Shown: positions 18,181-28,181, counted from the stretch's first letter. The stretch: DNA of 40,339 bases from Thermoplasmata archaeon (GCA_021826925.1 JAKAYB010000001.1:1-40339), one strand, 5' to 3'. The notes: generated from the sequence alone by a model not told the origin. A program made the numbers and translations.

Positions 18181-19428
18181 ATGGTAAGAAGCAAACATAA
18201 TTCTGTAACTCGGTTGAAATTCACATATAAAGGCTCCGAATTTGAGGGAGTTCTGATAGCAGAAGACCGGGATACTTATCTTGTAAAGCTAAGTAACGGG
18301 TATAACCTTACAATACCCAGAGATTCAATCAATATCTTAGATAGGAACGAACTAAGCGGGCCAGAACAGAGTGAATCTGAAAGGATCCTCTCTGGGAAGG
18401 GCAAGAAGATAACCCTCATAGGTAGTGGAGGAACAATTGCGAGCAGAGTTGACTATTCTACTGGGGCTGTCAAACCTGTCGATGGAACAGAATTCCTTCG
18501 CGGAAATATTTCGAATTTTGAGCATTTTGAGTTAGAATTAAAAATACTCCCTCCAGTGTTCAGCGAAGACATGACAGCTCTCAACTGGCAGACGATAGCT
18601 CGCTCTGTACACGCCGGTTTAAAGGATAGTGAGGGAGTAGTTGTAATGCACGGAACAGACACTATGGCTTACACGGCAAGTGCGCTAGCATTTATGTTCG
18701 AAAAACAGTCTGGGCCGATAATACTTACTGGGTCGCAGAGAAGCTCCGATAGACCTAGCAGCGACGCGTTCCTTAACATAGAAGGTTCATTGGAGTTCGC
18801 CTCAACGGACCTTGGTGAAGTTTGCATAGCGATGCATAAGGGTCTTTCTGACACTACAATTAACCTGCTTAGGGGTGTTAGGACAAGGAAGATGCATTCT
18901 TCAAGGAGAGATGCGTTCAAATCCATTGGTGGTCCCGAATTGGCAGAATATTCAAAAGGAGGAATAAAATTCAAAGAATCATATAAGGAAAGAGATGATA
19001 GCAACGAGCTTAGAGACAAGCTTGAATCTAGAGTTTCCTTAATCTATTTTAACCCCATTCTAACCAATGAAGACTTTGAAACACTTGCTTTTAATAAACG
19101 TGCAGTTGTCTTGGCAGGCACCGGCCTTGGGCACGTTTCAAATAGATTTGTCCCTACCATACGGCAACTTTCCAAAAGTGGTATAAAATTCTACATGACA
19201 ACACAATGCATATACGGAAGCGTGAACATGAACGTGTATTCAACAGGCAGAGAACTTATTTCAGCGGGTGTGATTCCGTTAGGAAATATGCTTTCCGAAG
19301 TGGCCCTAGTAAAAAGCATGTTTGTATTCGCAAATTATGACCCTGATGAAGTGGACAGGAAAATGAAAGAGAACCTGAGGGGTGAGATCATGGATCGTGA
19401 GGTTCCTTTTGGTGGTGAGACAACTTGA
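18181..19428 (+). CDS. gatD: Glutamyl-tRNA(Gln) amidotransferase subunit D
   Basis: Asparaginase-type motifs GSGGTIAS and HGTDTMAYTA follow the archaeal GatD N-terminal domain (LKLSNGYNLTI). ATG 18181 is preceded by GGTGA 4 nt upstream. The ORF is also open from TTG 18136. Confidence 0.9.
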   Translation: MVRSKHNSVTRLKFTYKGSEFEGVLIAEDRDTYLVKLSNGYNLTIPRDSINILDRNELSGPEQSESERILSGKGKKITLIGSGGTIASRVDYSTGAVKPVDGTEFLRGNISNFEHFELELKILPPVFSEDMTALNWQTIARSVHAGLKDSEGVVVMHGTDTMAYTASALAFMFEKQSGPIILTGSQRSSDRPSSDAFLNIEGSLEFASTDLGEVCIAMHKGLSDTTINLLRGVRTRKMHSSRRDAFKSIGGPELAEYSKGGIKFKESYKERDDSNELRDKLESRVSLIYFNPILTNEDFETLAFNKRAVVLAGTGLGHVSNRFVPTIRQLSKSGIKFYMTTQCIYGSVNMNVYSTGRELISAGVIPLGNMLSEVALVKSMFVFANYDPDEVDRKMKENLRGEIMDREVPFGGETT

Positions 19429-21239
19429 GCAACGAAAGGAAGCAAAAAATCGGCCTCGAGGTTCACATACAGCTCCAGGGCGAAAAACTGTTTTGCCGTT
19501 GTCCTACCGAATCCTCCTATGAGCTGAAAGAGGTTGTCGAAAGGAGCCTAAGATTATCTTCGGGTGAGACAGGTAAATTCGACCAGGCAGCTAAGTACGA
19601 GACCCAACGTTCGCGTGGTTTTATTTATCATCTTCACGGAAACAACTGTCTGGTCGACGTGGATGAGGAGCCTCCGCATGATGTAAACAACCAGGCTTTG
19701 GAACGTTCAATAGCTCTTTCTATGTCTCTTAACTGTTCAATCGTAGACTATGCGACATTCATGAGGAAAATCGTTATAGATGGATCTAATACGACCGGGT
19801 TCCAGAGAACTGCGATCATAGGATTTGGTGGTTTTCTCGAGACGTCTAGAGGAAAGGTACGGATCTCTACAGTCTGCCTTGAAGAGGATGCTGCTCGCAA
19901 ACTTTCAGATAACGCCGGAGCGGCCACCTACTCACTGGAACGGCTCGGTATACCCCTAGTCGAGATATCAACTGAGCCAGATATAATCGATGCTGCTCAC
20001 GCTATTGAAACAGCTGAAAAAATAGGAAAACTTGCATTGCTGCCTGGATGGGCTCGAAAAGGTGCAGAGGCGATTAGGCAGGATGTAAATTTCTCATCAG
20101 GGTTCGGGAGAGTAGAAATTAAGGGAGTCCAGAAGATTTCACTTATTGAAACCTGTCTGGATTATGAAAGTCGGAGGCACTCAACATTAGCAGAAATCTC
20201 GTCAAAGATAAAATCAGGATTTGATCCAGAAAAGATACATTTCATAGACGTTACTGGAATTTTTGAAGATACAAAATCGAAAATCATTCTCTCCGGATTG
20301 CGTTCCGGAAATAAGGTATATGCAACGGTTCTTCCCTCAATGAAAGGGTACCTGAAGAATGGTAATTATAGGCTTGGTGCTGAAATAGCTGATATAACCC
20401 GTTTGTACGGTGCTGGAGGAATAATGCACTCTGATGAACTCCCCGGTTATGGTGTGGAAAAAGAGATTACACCGATTATATCAATCTTGAAGCCAAATAA
20501 AAACGATGCATTTGCAATCCTTGTTAGCGGGGAAGAAAAAATACAGATCATAGCTGAAGAAATACGAAATAGGATATCCAGAATTCTTAGTCTTGATCTT
20601 TCCGAGACCAGATTCGTGGACGACAGCGGAATAACGCACTATCTTAGGCCACTTCCAGGACGTGAAAGGATGTACCCGGAAACGGATGTTGCTACTGTAC
20701 CGATCGGTAGTAGCATCATTGAACAGTGCAAGAAAATTGTACCAAAAAGCGAGGATCAGATGATCGCTGATCTCACGAAAGCTTACGCGATTTCAAAGCA
20801 GGACGCCACTTCTATCATAAACAAGGGTTTCACCGATTCTTTTAAAAAACTTACAGAACTCACTGGGGATGCACGGTTGTCATCTCGAATTCTTAATCAG
20901 CTTATCCCTGAGATAACCAAGAAGGGCTCGACACCCGTTTTGCCTGGTGCTGTTGTCGAGGCTGTAGAAATGTCTTTCTCAATTGGAATTGTTTCATCTG
21001 GACTTGAAAGGGCACTTTTAAGGCATTTTGTTGATGGAGTGAGTTTCGCAGATCTTTCTGGTATGCCGGACCTTCAGGCAGTGAGTCATAATGAGCTGGA
21101 GAAGATCATAAAAGACCTAATCTCGAATGAAAATGACGTCACAATGGCGAATCTTATCCCTAGGATAAAAGCGAGAGAGAACCGAATATTTGATCCTAAA
21201 GATGCTGTCAATATTTTTAAGATGCTATCTCAGAAATAA
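19425..21239 (+). CDS. gatE: Glutamyl-tRNA(Gln) amidotransferase subunit E
   Basis: 604 aa with the GatB/E N-terminus IGLEVHIQL, the insertion domain and a YqeY-like tail. The TTG start overlaps the gatD stop (TTGA). Confidence 0.9.
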   Translation: MSNERKQKIGLEVHIQLQGEKLFCRCPTESSYELKEVVERSLRLSSGETGKFDQAAKYETQRSRGFIYHLHGNNCLVDVDEEPPHDVNNQALERSIALSMSLNCSIVDYATFMRKIVIDGSNTTGFQRTAIIGFGGFLETSRGKVRISTVCLEEDAARKLSDNAGAATYSLERLGIPLVEISTEPDIIDAAHAIETAEKIGKLALLPGWARKGAEAIRQDVNFSSGFGRVEIKGVQKISLIETCLDYESRRHSTLAEISSKIKSGFDPEKIHFIDVTGIFEDTKSKIILSGLRSGNKVYATVLPSMKGYLKNGNYRLGAEIADITRLYGAGGIMHSDELPGYGVEKEITPIISILKPNKNDAFAILVSGEEKIQIIAEEIRNRISRILSLDLSETRFVDDSGITHYLRPLPGRERMYPETDVATVPIGSSIIEQCKKIVPKSEDQMIADLTKAYAISKQDATSIINKGFTDSFKKLTELTGDARLSSRILNQLIPEITKKGSTPVLPGAVVEAVEMSFSIGIVSSGLERALLRHFVDGVSFADLSGMPDLQAVSHNELEKIIKDLISNENDVTMANLIPRIKARENRIFDPKDAVNIFKMLSQK

Positions 21240-21504
21240 TTATGCTCATGATGATGTTGTGAATGGTTACCTTAAGCACTGATGCGGCTCTCAGGGCAAA
21301 ATTGATTAAAGCATTAATATCATATAAACCGAATTCGAAGATGACTTGCTTGACGTGCTGTAATAGGGGCAGTATACGTCTCTCCACAACTCGAGACATG
21401 TTGTTAAGATAACTGCGATCGTTATGGAGTTTGGCTCTGGGAAAAAAAGATCTGATACAATAAATGGCATGCATTGATCAATTAGGAACCCGCGTCTAAT
21501 TGGT

Positions 21505-21524
21505 GATAAATAATACTTAAATAG
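21505..21524 (+). promoter_or_regulatory. Candidate TATA/BRE region for the nuo operon
   Basis: GATAAATAATACTTAAATAG, with TTAAATAG centred about 25 nt upstream of the nuoA ATG. This implies a leaderless or very short-leader transcript. Confidence 0.3.
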
Positions 21525-21544
21525 ATTCCAACTATACTGAAAAG

Positions 21545-21982
21545 ATGTTGGACGGCTACATCCCTTTACTCATCGTCCTTGTACTTTTGATTGCAGGGAT
21601 GATCGGTCTTTTCAGTGTTTTACCGTCCCTTAGCGAAGGGCGGTATAAGAAATCCAAAGGCGTTTCGTTAAAAGTTGATGACATAGTTTCTTCAATGGTC
21701 AGGGAAAAAGGTCCGGAGGTTAAGGACGGGGCGTATCTGGAGACTTATGAATCTGGTGAAGTGGCACGTGGCGAAATTGGTAAGTTTGTCACTGTTCAAT
21801 ATTTCGTAATAATACTCCTGTTTGTTGTTTTTGACATTGACATCGTACTGCTTTTTCCGTGGGCAATGGATTTCAAAGCCCTAGGGATCTTACCGTTTAT
21901 TGAGACACTCGTTTTTCTTGCTATGCCATTATTCATTGTTCTATATGCATTTAAGGAAGGTTACATGAGGTGGATGAAATGA
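21545..21982 (+). CDS. nuoA: NADH-quinone oxidoreductase-like complex, subunit A
   Basis: Three TM segments. Contains the conserved YESG loop and the [14 protein letters not shown] motif. It is the first gene of the nuo cluster. Confidence 0.85.
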   Translation: MLDGYIPLLIVLVLLIAGMIGLFSVLPSLSEGRYKKSKGVSLKVDDIVSSMVREKGPEVKDGAYLETYESGEVARGEIGKFVTVQYFVIILLFVVFDIDIVLLFPWAMDFKALGILPFIETLVFLAMPLFIVLYAFKEGYMRWMK

Positions 21983-22443
21983 AGACGGGAGAAACAGGAA
22001 TTCTCACGACCACACTTGAGAAAGCACTCGAGTGGGGTAGAAGTAATTCTCTTTGGCCGCTCACTTTCGGATTGGCTTGTTGCGCAATAGAAATGATGGC
22101 CATTCAAGCGTCTGACCTAGATATCTCGAGATTTGGGAGTGAAATATTCAGGAATTCGCCGAGACAGTCTGACCTTATGATTGTATCAGGAACCGTAACA
22201 AAAAAGATGGCTCCGCGTGTTAGACGGTTGTATGATGAAATGCCTTATCCTAAGTATGTTATCGCTCAGGGAGTTTGTGTTATACAGGGAGGTCCGTATA
22301 ACCAGGGGTACTCTGTTGTCCTAGGCGTCGACAAAGTAATACCAGTGGATGTCTATGTTCCTGGATGCCCGCCAACTCCTGAAGCGCTAACTTATGGCCT
22401 CATACTGCTACAAAAGAAAATAAGGCATGAGACGGACAGGTGA
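21979..22443 (+). CDS. nuoB: Complex I-like subunit B (N2 Fe-S subunit)
   Basis: Contains [10 protein letters not shown], an internal Cys, and [14 protein letters not shown] 21979 overlaps the nuoA stop (ATGA) and is preceded by GAGGTG. The ORF is also open from GTG 21970. Confidence 0.9.
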   Translation: MKTGETGILTTTLEKALEWGRSNSLWPLTFGLACCAIEMMAIQASDLDISRFGSEIFRNSPRQSDLMIVSGTVTKKMAPRVRRLYDEMPYPKYVIAQGVCVIQGGPYNQGYSVVLGVDKVIPVDVYVPGCPPTPEALTYGLILLQKKIRHETDR

Positions 22444-22447
22444 TTTC

Positions 22448-22906
22448 ATGGTTGAAGTAATCGAAGAATCAATTGGTAAGGATGGGCGAAAAGTAATAAA
22501 GGTTGCAAAAGAGTATTTAATAGCCATCATGAAAGATTTGAAATCACAGGGATATGATCATCTTTCTTTGATTACAGGAATTGATCGTAAGGACAAGCTT
22601 GAAGTTGTGTATCACCTGCACAATATGAAGGAAGATAAGTACCTCGTGATAAAGACTGAGACGCTGGATGAACGTGTTCCAAGTCTCACTTCATTGTATA
22701 GCAGTGCCAACTGGGATGAGCGCGAACAGTATGATCTCATGGGTATCGTCTTTGAAGGCCACCCCAACCTCAAGCGGCTGTTTCTGCCAGAATCATGGGT
22801 CGGGCATCCATTGAGAAAGAATTACGATCTTTCAAAAGTTCAGTATATCAATATGGACGAGAATGGCGATGATTATGCAACTTTTGATCCAGGGGATGGC
22901 TGGTAA
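22448..22906 (+). CDS. nuoC: Complex I-like subunit C
   Basis: Carries the ANWDEREQYDLMGIVFEGHP signature. GGTGAT lies 3 nt upstream of ATG 22448. Confidence 0.9.
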   Translation: MVEVIEESIGKDGRKVIKVAKEYLIAIMKDLKSQGYDHLSLITGIDRKDKLEVVYHLHNMKEDKYLVIKTETLDERVPSLTSLYSSANWDEREQYDLMGIVFEGHPNLKRLFLPESWVGHPLRKNYDLSKVQYINMDENGDDYATFDPGDGW

Positions 22907-24039
22907 TGCTTAAAGAGGATAGCGAATCCGCAAACGGAAATAAGTGGGTTGAGCTCAACATGGGACCACAACATCCGTCCATGCATGGTGTACTTAGACT
23001 AAGGGTAAAGTTAGATGGAGAAATAGTGAAGGAATGCGAACCAATTATTGGCTACCTTCACAGGAATGCCGAAAAGTTGTGTGAACTTGATTATTATTGT
23101 GATGCGACTGTTTATTTTGATCGAATGGACTATGTGGGGGCAATGAACATGGAGGTCGGATATCTTGAGGCGGCTGAGAAGTTGCTAGATATACCTCCTC
23201 CTGAAAGAGCACAGTGGATCCGACTTATAATGGCTGAACTGAACAGGATTGCAGCGCATCTTGTCTGGACAGGTGCATTTGGTCTGGATCTTGGTATGCT
23301 TACACCTTTCTTCTATTGCTTTGCAGAGAGGGAAAAAATACAGCGTATATTTGTTGATATAAGCGGATCGAGGCAGCAGCTCAATTACATGAGCATTGGC
23401 GGCGTATACCAAGATATAAACGACAAGATTATCTACGATATTGAACAATTTATAGATCAATTTCCCAAGAAACTGGAGGATATTAACAAGACTTTCATCA
23501 AAAATGATATCTTCATTTCAAGAAATAAGGGAATGGGTATACTGGAGCCTGAGGTTGCTCTTGATTATGGTGTTACGGGTCCAATGCTAAGGGCATCTGG
23601 GATCGACTACGATATAAGGAAGAAGGAACCGTATCTTATGTATGATAAAGTCAACTTCGATGTTCCTGTATCATATAAGAAGGATAACCTCGCAAGATAC
23701 CTCGTAAGGATAGAGGAGATGAGGCAATCAATAAAGATACTGAAGCAGGCAATAAAGAAGATACCAGATGGCCCGTACTTCAATCCTAAGGCGAAGAAGC
23801 CTTTGATGATAAGATTGAGAGGGGATGGCGATGTGTATGCTAGGACTGAATCTTCTAAAGGGGAGTTTGGCGTATACCTTGTTGGAGACGGTGGTGTGAA
23901 ACCTTACCGTGTGCGTGTAAGGAGTCCGACTTTCAAGAATCTCAGTGTTGCACCTGTGCTGGTAAAGGATCAAATGATTGCCGATCTGATAGCCATTCTG
24001 GGAACTTTTGACCTTGTTTTTGGAGAGATTGACAGATGA
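22906..24039 (+). CDS. nuoD: Complex I-like subunit D
   Basis: Carries the GPQHPSMHGVLRL signature. 377 aa. TAATG overlap with nuoC. Confidence 0.9.
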   Translation: MLKEDSESANGNKWVELNMGPQHPSMHGVLRLRVKLDGEIVKECEPIIGYLHRNAEKLCELDYYCDATVYFDRMDYVGAMNMEVGYLEAAEKLLDIPPPERAQWIRLIMAELNRIAAHLVWTGAFGLDLGMLTPFFYCFAEREKIQRIFVDISGSRQQLNYMSIGGVYQDINDKIIYDIEQFIDQFPKKLEDINKTFIKNDIFISRNKGMGILEPEVALDYGVTGPMLRASGIDYDIRKKEPYLMYDKVNFDVPVSYKKDNLARYLVRIEEMRQSIKILKQAIKKIPDGPYFNPKAKKPLMIRLRGDGDVYARTESSKGEFGVYLVGDGGVKPYRVRVRSPTFKNLSVAPVLVKDQMIADLIAILGTFDLVFGEIDR

Positions 24040-25076
24040 ATATCCTATTAAGACTGGCGCTCTTTTTTGCAGGCGCAGGCCATTATGGGTCTTACTTTTT
24101 GGCCTATATATTTGAGACCATATTTTTCATGATATTTGTAGCCGTTGTCCTCATATTTACTATATATCTGTTTAGAAAGTACATGGCACGCTTGCAACTT
24201 AGGTATGGTCCGAACAGAGTAGGCAAATTCGGATCCTTGCAGCTTATTGCCGACGCTCTTAAGTTAATGGGGAAAGAGAGTATTTTGCCTAGCGGGCGAG
24301 ACGACTTTGCATTCAGGGTAGCTCCACTTATAGTATTCATAGGGTTATTTGTTGGTTTTGCTATCATACCGTATGGTAGCTTTTACTGGATAGGTTCTCT
24401 GACGATAACGCATTCTAATGTCAGCTTGCTCTTAATCTTCGGAGCACTGGCTATCATGCCAATCGGAGAGATAGTTGCGGGTGCGAGTTCAAAGAATAAG
24501 TATGCCGTTCTTGGTGCTTTAAGAGGTGTCGCAAAGGATATTTCATTCGAGATTCCTATGATGCTTTCCGTCATTGCGCTCGTTATGATGGCATCAGCCA
24601 GAACTGCCAATGGCCTGAATCTTGAGGATTTAACCAGTGTCCAGTTTATACCTTACGGAATTCCGGAAGTCATAGGATTATTCGTTTTCTTCATTGCAAT
24701 GATCGCCAGAGCAGCCTATTCTCCATTCGATCTCGGCGAGAGTGACAGCGAGCTTGTATCTGGATACAGTACAGAATACAGCGGTATGAGGTTTGGTATG
24801 TTTTATATGGGCCTATTTGGCAGCATATTTCTAGGATCAATGCTTGTATCAGTATTATACCTGGGCGGTTATAACGGGCCCTTCTCAAGTTATGCAGGTT
24901 TCATTTACCTGCTTATAAAAACACTTATTCTGGTGCTTGTAGCATTTCTTGTCTGGCTTTCAATTCCAAGGATCAGGATCGATAGATTCGTTAATATGGG
25001 TTGGAAGTACCTATTGCCCATTGCTGTAATAAATCTAATCATAAGCGGTGTGCTAACACTGGGGTTGGGAATATGA
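24036..25076 (+). CDS. nuoH: Complex I-like subunit H
   Basis: Polytopic membrane protein with RKYMARLQLRYGPNRVG. ATGA overlap with nuoD. Confidence 0.9.
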   Translation: MNILLRLALFFAGAGHYGSYFLAYIFETIFFMIFVAVVLIFTIYLFRKYMARLQLRYGPNRVGKFGSLQLIADALKLMGKESILPSGRDDFAFRVAPLIVFIGLFVGFAIIPYGSFYWIGSLTITHSNVSLLLIFGALAIMPIGEIVAGASSKNKYAVLGALRGVAKDISFEIPMMLSVIALVMMASARTANGLNLEDLTSVQFIPYGIPEVIGLFVFFIAMIARAAYSPFDLGESDSELVSGYSTEYSGMRFGMFYMGLFGSIFLGSMLVSVLYLGGYNGPFSSYAGFIYLLIKTLILVLVAFLVWLSIPRIRIDRFVNMGWKYLLPIAVINLIISGVLTLGLGI

Positions 25077-25507
25077 TCGAAGTTAAGGAACCTAAGAAAG
25101 AAATCCCTGTCATAGGGACGTTAAAGGCCATGTTTATAGTTTTCAAGCATCTTTTTCAGAAACCAATAACAACTCAGTACCCTGAGCAGAAAAGGATAAT
25201 AGAAGATCGATTCAAATTCAGAATTTTCCTTTCGCTCGATGACTGTGTTGGCTGCACGCTCTGTGAGCAGGTATGCCCGAACAAGAGCATCGCCATGACC
25301 AGTCTGAACAGGGCAAATCCAAGAAACAAGAGAAAGATATACCCGGATGTGAATTTTGGAACATGCACGATTTGCAGGAACTGTGAGGAGATCTGCCCTA
25401 CCGACGCAATCTATCTCACTCACGTATTTGAGACCTCACGCACCAGGAACAGTTTCACTTACTCCCCAGAAGAGCTCTCACTCCCAGAAGATGAGGTAAT
25501 CAAATGA
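25073..25507 (+). CDS. nuoI: Complex I-like subunit I (2x[4Fe-4S] ferredoxin)
   Basis: Contains CVGCTLCEQVCP and CTICRNCEEICP. ATG 25073 overlaps the nuoH stop (ATGA). The longer ORF from 25001 would overlap nuoH by 76 nt. Confidence 0.9.
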   Translation: MIEVKEPKKEIPVIGTLKAMFIVFKHLFQKPITTQYPEQKRIIEDRFKFRIFLSLDDCVGCTLCEQVCPNKSIAMTSLNRANPRNKRKIYPDVNFGTCTICRNCEEICPTDAIYLTHVFETSRTRNSFTYSPEELSLPEDEVIK

Positions 25508-25752
25508 TTTATACAATTATTTACGCCCTTTTTGCTATTATATTGATTCCACTGGCCTTAAAATCTGTTTCAGAGAAGAATCTGCTTCATTCGGTAATAT
25601 ATTTATTCGTTTTTCTCGTAGTTCTTTCGGGACTTTTCATATTTCTTGGTGCGTCAATTGTAGGTGCTGTCGAAGTGTTAGTATTTGTTGGTGCTGTAAC
25701 TGCACTGACAGTATTTACGCTGATGTTGACGGGAGGTAAGGAATATGAATAA
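25504..25752 (+). CDS. nuoJ: Complex I-like subunit J, N-terminal half (TM1-3)
   Basis: 82 aa with three hydrophobic helices, in the nuoJ position. ATGA overlap with nuoI. Confidence 0.75.
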   Translation: MIYTIIYALFAIILIPLALKSVSEKNLLHSVIYLFVFLVVLSGLFIFLGASIVGAVEVLVFVGAVTALTVFTLMLTGGKEYE

Positions 25753-25963
25753 ACGAATTGCAGCATTAGCCTCTATAATATTCTTTTTGGTATTTGGCTT
25801 TGAGGTCGTAAGCATAAAGGGCTCGTTCATACCGTCATCGCAGGACCTTAATGCAATCGGAAAGCTTCTGTTCAATGAATACGTGGTGCCATTTGAATTA
25901 CTATCTCTCATTATGGTGGCAGGTGTAATCGGAATGTTTTACATTGCAGGGAGGGAAGATTAA
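25745..25963 (+). CDS. nuoJ: Complex I-like subunit J, C-terminal half (TM4-5)
   Basis: 72 aa, with LLFNEYVVPFELLSLIMVAGVIG matching the conserved NuoJ C-terminal region. The start overlaps the upstream half by 8 nt in another frame. Confidence 0.75.
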   Translation: MNKRIAALASIIFFLVFGFEVVSIKGSFIPSSQDLNAIGKLLFNEYVVPFELLSLIMVAGVIGMFYIAGRED

Positions 25964-26262
25964 TGTACATACTTGTTGCCAGCATGCTTTCCCTGATACT
26001 TTTCATTGTCGGGCTCTATGGAGTTATGACTTCAAATATAGGTATAAAGATGTTGATCTCAATAGAAATACTGATAAACTCGGCAATCCTGAATCTGGTT
26101 ATTATCGCAATTTATTATGCTTCTGTACAGCCAATTGTGATGGCTCTTATGGGCATAGGTATAGGCGCAGTTGAATCTGTTATTGGATTAAGCTTGCTCT
26201 CTGCTACTTTCAGGCGTTTTGGGAAGATCGCTATCTCTCTTCTCAAGGAGATAAGGTGGTAA
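25963..26262 (+). CDS. nuoK: Complex I-like subunit K
   Basis: 99 aa with three TM helices, in the nuoK position. TAATG overlap. Confidence 0.85.
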   Translation: MYILVASMLSLILFIVGLYGVMTSNIGIKMLISIEILINSAILNLVIIAIYYASVQPIVMALMGIGIGAVESVIGLSLLSATFRRFGKIAISLLKEIRW

Positions 26263-26266
26263 AGCG

Positions 26267-28180
26267 ATGTCTGCAGCAATATACTGGTATGGCTGGTTAA
26301 TAGTCATCTCTCCTCTTGTTGGTTTCCTTGCGAGTTATATCGCAGGGCGCAAGTACAGAATAACTGCAGGAATAATTGCGTCTACTGCGATAGGTCTCTC
26401 TCTTGTGTTCTCTATCCTTACGCTCTTAAAGATAAATTCCTCAGGGCAACCAATATATAATCACTTTAAATGGTTTTTTAATATTGATGCAGGAATATAC
26501 ATTGATCATCTAGCGATAATAATGGCTTTGATGGTATCGTTCGTGTCTCTGATGATACATCTTTTTGCCATATACTACATGAAAGACGATCCCAACAAGC
26601 ATACGTATTTTGCTGAAACCTCGCTGTTCACTGCTGGAATGCTTGGGCTTATTGTGGCATCTAACCTAGTTTTATTCTTCCTATTCTGGGAACTCGTCGG
26701 TCTTTGTTCTTATCTCCTCATAGGATTCTGGTTCTTCAAACCAAATGCTACTGCTGCGGCCAAAAAGGCCTTTATTGTTACACGTGTCGGCGATCTCCTA
26801 TTTCTGGTTGGAATGGCTATCCTTTATGCGTCACTCTCCGCACACATATCAGTCCTTGGAGCAAACAGCCCTCTTAGCATACCGTATCTGATCACAAATG
26901 CAAAAGCTATAGCAGCAGCCATCGGTCCCACAACTCTGGGCATAGTTTCAGTATTATTCCTTGCTGGTGCTGCAGGTAAATCCGCTCAGTTCCCGTTGCA
27001 CGTGTGGATTCCGGATGCAATGGAAGGGCCAACTACTGTGTCTGCACTGATACATGCTGCAACGATGGTCACCGCTGGCGTATATCTAGTTGCAAGGGTG
27101 TTCCCAATATTTCAAGCATCATCTTCCTTTGCTCTTTATTCAGTCGCTATTCTCGGTTCATTTACGGCCATATATGCTGGGATACTCGGGCTTGTTATGA
27201 ACGACATAAAGAGGGTTTTAGCCTATTCAACAATAAGCCAGATAGGATACATGATGGCAGCTATCGGATTGGCTGGAATCATAGGTTATTCCGGAGTTGC
27301 CTACGGTATATTCCAGCTTGTAACTCATGCATTCTTCAAAGCTTTGCTATTCGTTTCGACCGGAGCTATACTCATAGCTTTACTTGAGTTAAGGGATATA
27401 AAGAAGATGGGAGGGCTGTGGAAAAGGATGCCTATGACTGTTACCCTGCTTTTAATTGGCGCAGCAGCCCTTATAGCCTTTCCTGGCACATCTGGATATT
27501 TCTCGAAGGATACGATCATATCTGCTTCGTACGTTTATTACCTTCAAGGTGGGAACATTGCTTCTCTACTTCCATGGCTGTTTCTTCTTATAGGCTCACT
27601 CCTTACAACTCTTTATACATTCCGTATGTTCTTCCTCGTTGCCATGGGTAAACCAAGGTCGGATCTAGCAGAGCATGCCAAGGATCCAAAGATCCTTCCT
27701 TTAATTCCATTGTTTTTCCTGGCAGCAGGGGCCCTGTTTTTGGGGATCGTCCAACCTCAGTTTTATGGATTCTTGTATCCGGATTACGTAATGCCATCTC
27801 TGCCTTATTACATACAATATCTTCCAGAAGTGCTTATGGTCATAGGACTTGTAGTTACATATTTCCTCTATGCCACTGACAAGTGGAAAAAACTCCACTT
27901 TGACAAGAGCCCTTGGTACAAGATTGTCAGAAATAAATTCTATCTCGACACTCTTTTCACAAATATAATTGCTGAGAGGGTCATAGCCCCCGTGTCTGCC
28001 GGATTCGGTGCATTTGAGAGCGCTTACAATAAAGCTATTGATTCCATAGGAACCGGGACTGTCGGGCTAGGGAGTCGCATGAGGAAGTTGCAAAACGGTA
28101 TTGTCGAGAATTACTTTGTTATCATATTGATCGGCATGTCAATCATATTGCTTATAATGATACTTGAAGGGGTGCTTTAA
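26267..28180 (+). CDS. nuoL: Complex I-like subunit L (antiporter-like)
   Basis: 637 aa. Contains the WELVGLCSYLLIGFW motif and a C-terminal extension consistent with the lateral helix. Confidence 0.9.
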   Translation: MSAAIYWYGWLIVISPLVGFLASYIAGRKYRITAGIIASTAIGLSLVFSILTLLKINSSGQPIYNHFKWFFNIDAGIYIDHLAIIMALMVSFVSLMIHLFAIYYMKDDPNKHTYFAETSLFTAGMLGLIVASNLVLFFLFWELVGLCSYLLIGFWFFKPNATAAAKKAFIVTRVGDLLFLVGMAILYASLSAHISVLGANSPLSIPYLITNAKAIAAAIGPTTLGIVSVLFLAGAAGKSAQFPLHVWIPDAMEGPTTVSALIHAATMVTAGVYLVARVFPIFQASSSFALYSVAILGSFTAIYAGILGLVMNDIKRVLAYSTISQIGYMMAAIGLAGIIGYSGVAYGIFQLVTHAFFKALLFVSTGAILIALLELRDIKKMGGLWKRMPMTVTLLLIGAAALIAFPGTSGYFSKDTIISASYVYYLQGGNIASLLPWLFLLIGSLLTTLYTFRMFFLVAMGKPRSDLAEHAKDPKILPLIPLFFLAAGALFLGIVQPQFYGFLYPDYVMPSLPYYIQYLPEVLMVIGLVVTYFLYATDKWKKLHFDKSPWYKIVRNKFYLDTLFTNIIAERVIAPVSAGFGAFESAYNKAIDSIGTGTVGLGSRMRKLQNGIVENYFVIILIGMSIILLIMILEGVL

Positions 28181-28181
28181 G

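Noticed and set aside
21249-21284. C-box-like ATGATGA followed 24 nt later by CTGA just after gatE (possible C/D box sRNA)
   Set aside because: The C-to-D spacing is too short for a full C/D-C'/D' unit. There is no convincing second box pair or terminal stem.
21217-21474. 85-aa minus-strand ORF in the gatE-nuoA spacer
   Set aside because: It has no motif, overlaps the gatE 3' end and shows no SD or TATA context that I can see. The 305-bp spacer more likely holds the gatE terminator and nuo promoter. I cannot fully exclude a small gene.
25745-25752. nuoJ as a frameshifted pseudogene
   Set aside because: Both halves keep start and stop signals and conserved hydrophobic architecture. The break falls in the loop between TM3 and TM4, and split nuoJ genes are known in other archaea. 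The case is kept as a finding for verification rather than called a pseudogene.
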